NCBI GenBank assembly: GCA_042408215.1
Contig: JAYFMW010000020.1
Location: 256,001-320,000 of the forward strand
Length of the DNA stretch: 64,000 nt
Reading direction: 5' to 3'
Origin: Microcoleus sp.
Lineage (GTDB): Bacteria > Cyanobacteriota > Cyanobacteriia > Cyanobacteriales > Microcoleaceae
This document shows, piece after piece, positions 63,597 through 64,000 of the stretch. The notes under the pieces were generated by a model. It was not told where the DNA came from and searched no databases. It saw only the letters and a program-made list of their open reading frames with translations. A program made the position numbers and the translations under genes. Numbering within the stretch: the first letter of the stretch is position 1; each line of letters opens with the position of its first letter.

Positions 63597-63794
63597 TTAT
63601 TTAATATTAGCGATCGTGAAGCCCATTTGACACTCGTACCGATCGGGCAAATTTTCCGTAGGTTTGCTAACCGGATGGCCACAACGGAGCTCTCCACCAC
63701 TCCAGCGCGGTTGGCCAGTGCGATCGGCCAGCAAACAACCTTGGCAAACACACTGAGGGGCAAGCATCTGATTTTCCATTAAAATGACTAACAT
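63597..63794 (-). CDS. Small Cys-rich conserved-looking cyanobacterial protein (65 aa)
   Basis: MLVILM...VCQGCLLAD..GQPRW...C...YECQMGF; possible zinc-binding. Confidence 0.7.
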   Translation of the reverse strand: MLVILMENQMLAPQCVCQGCLLADRTGQPRWSGGELRCGHPVSKPTENLPDRYECQMGFTIANIK

Positions 63795-64000
63795 TTGATA
63801 CCTCCGGCAGGTTTCATACCAGTGATTACATTGTATGTCAGGACTTTGGAACAAAGAGCTTAACCTGAACACAATGTAATATTTATGTCAATGGGGCGAA
63901 ATCCGTAGTATCTTAAAAGATCGCAAATTCCCAATCCCCAATTTCTGAAGAGGTTGATTATTGTGACCAAGAATTTCTTGGTGGTACAAGCCCCCGGATC

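Noticed and set aside
63353..63763. 136-aa minus-strand ORF
   Set aside because: Composite of STRR and the antisense of intron domains V-VI; not an RT.

Overview
Chromosomal segment of a filamentous cyanobacterium, probably Oscillatoriales/Microcoleus-like (inferred from dense HIP1 GCGATCGC sites, heptamer STRR arrays and gene content). The backbone is housekeeping and signalling genes: rnc, rnpB, corA, groEL with a CIRCE operator, murD, glyS, trpB, recR, cyaC, two histidine kinases, a prolyl oligopeptidase and a 3005-aa RTX/Ig-repeat adhesin. On top of this sits a rich layer of small selfish DNA. It includes three tnpA-less IS200/IS605 elements with tnpB (two intact, one broken, one splitting an Na+/H+ antiporter), two ORF-less IS605 derivatives that appear to keep only the ends and the omega-RNA region, and an ORF-less group IIB intron whose rejoined exons match the end of a dispersed repeat family. 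There is also an orphan 5-repeat CRISPR array beside a tandemly duplicated RelE-type TA module, a 45-bp direct-repeat-flanked cassette (Uma2 plus an Ntox50-like toxin/immunity-like pair), and nested MITE/REP elements, one family of which is translated in frame inside GlyS. All calls come from reading the sequence by eye; no database searches were run.
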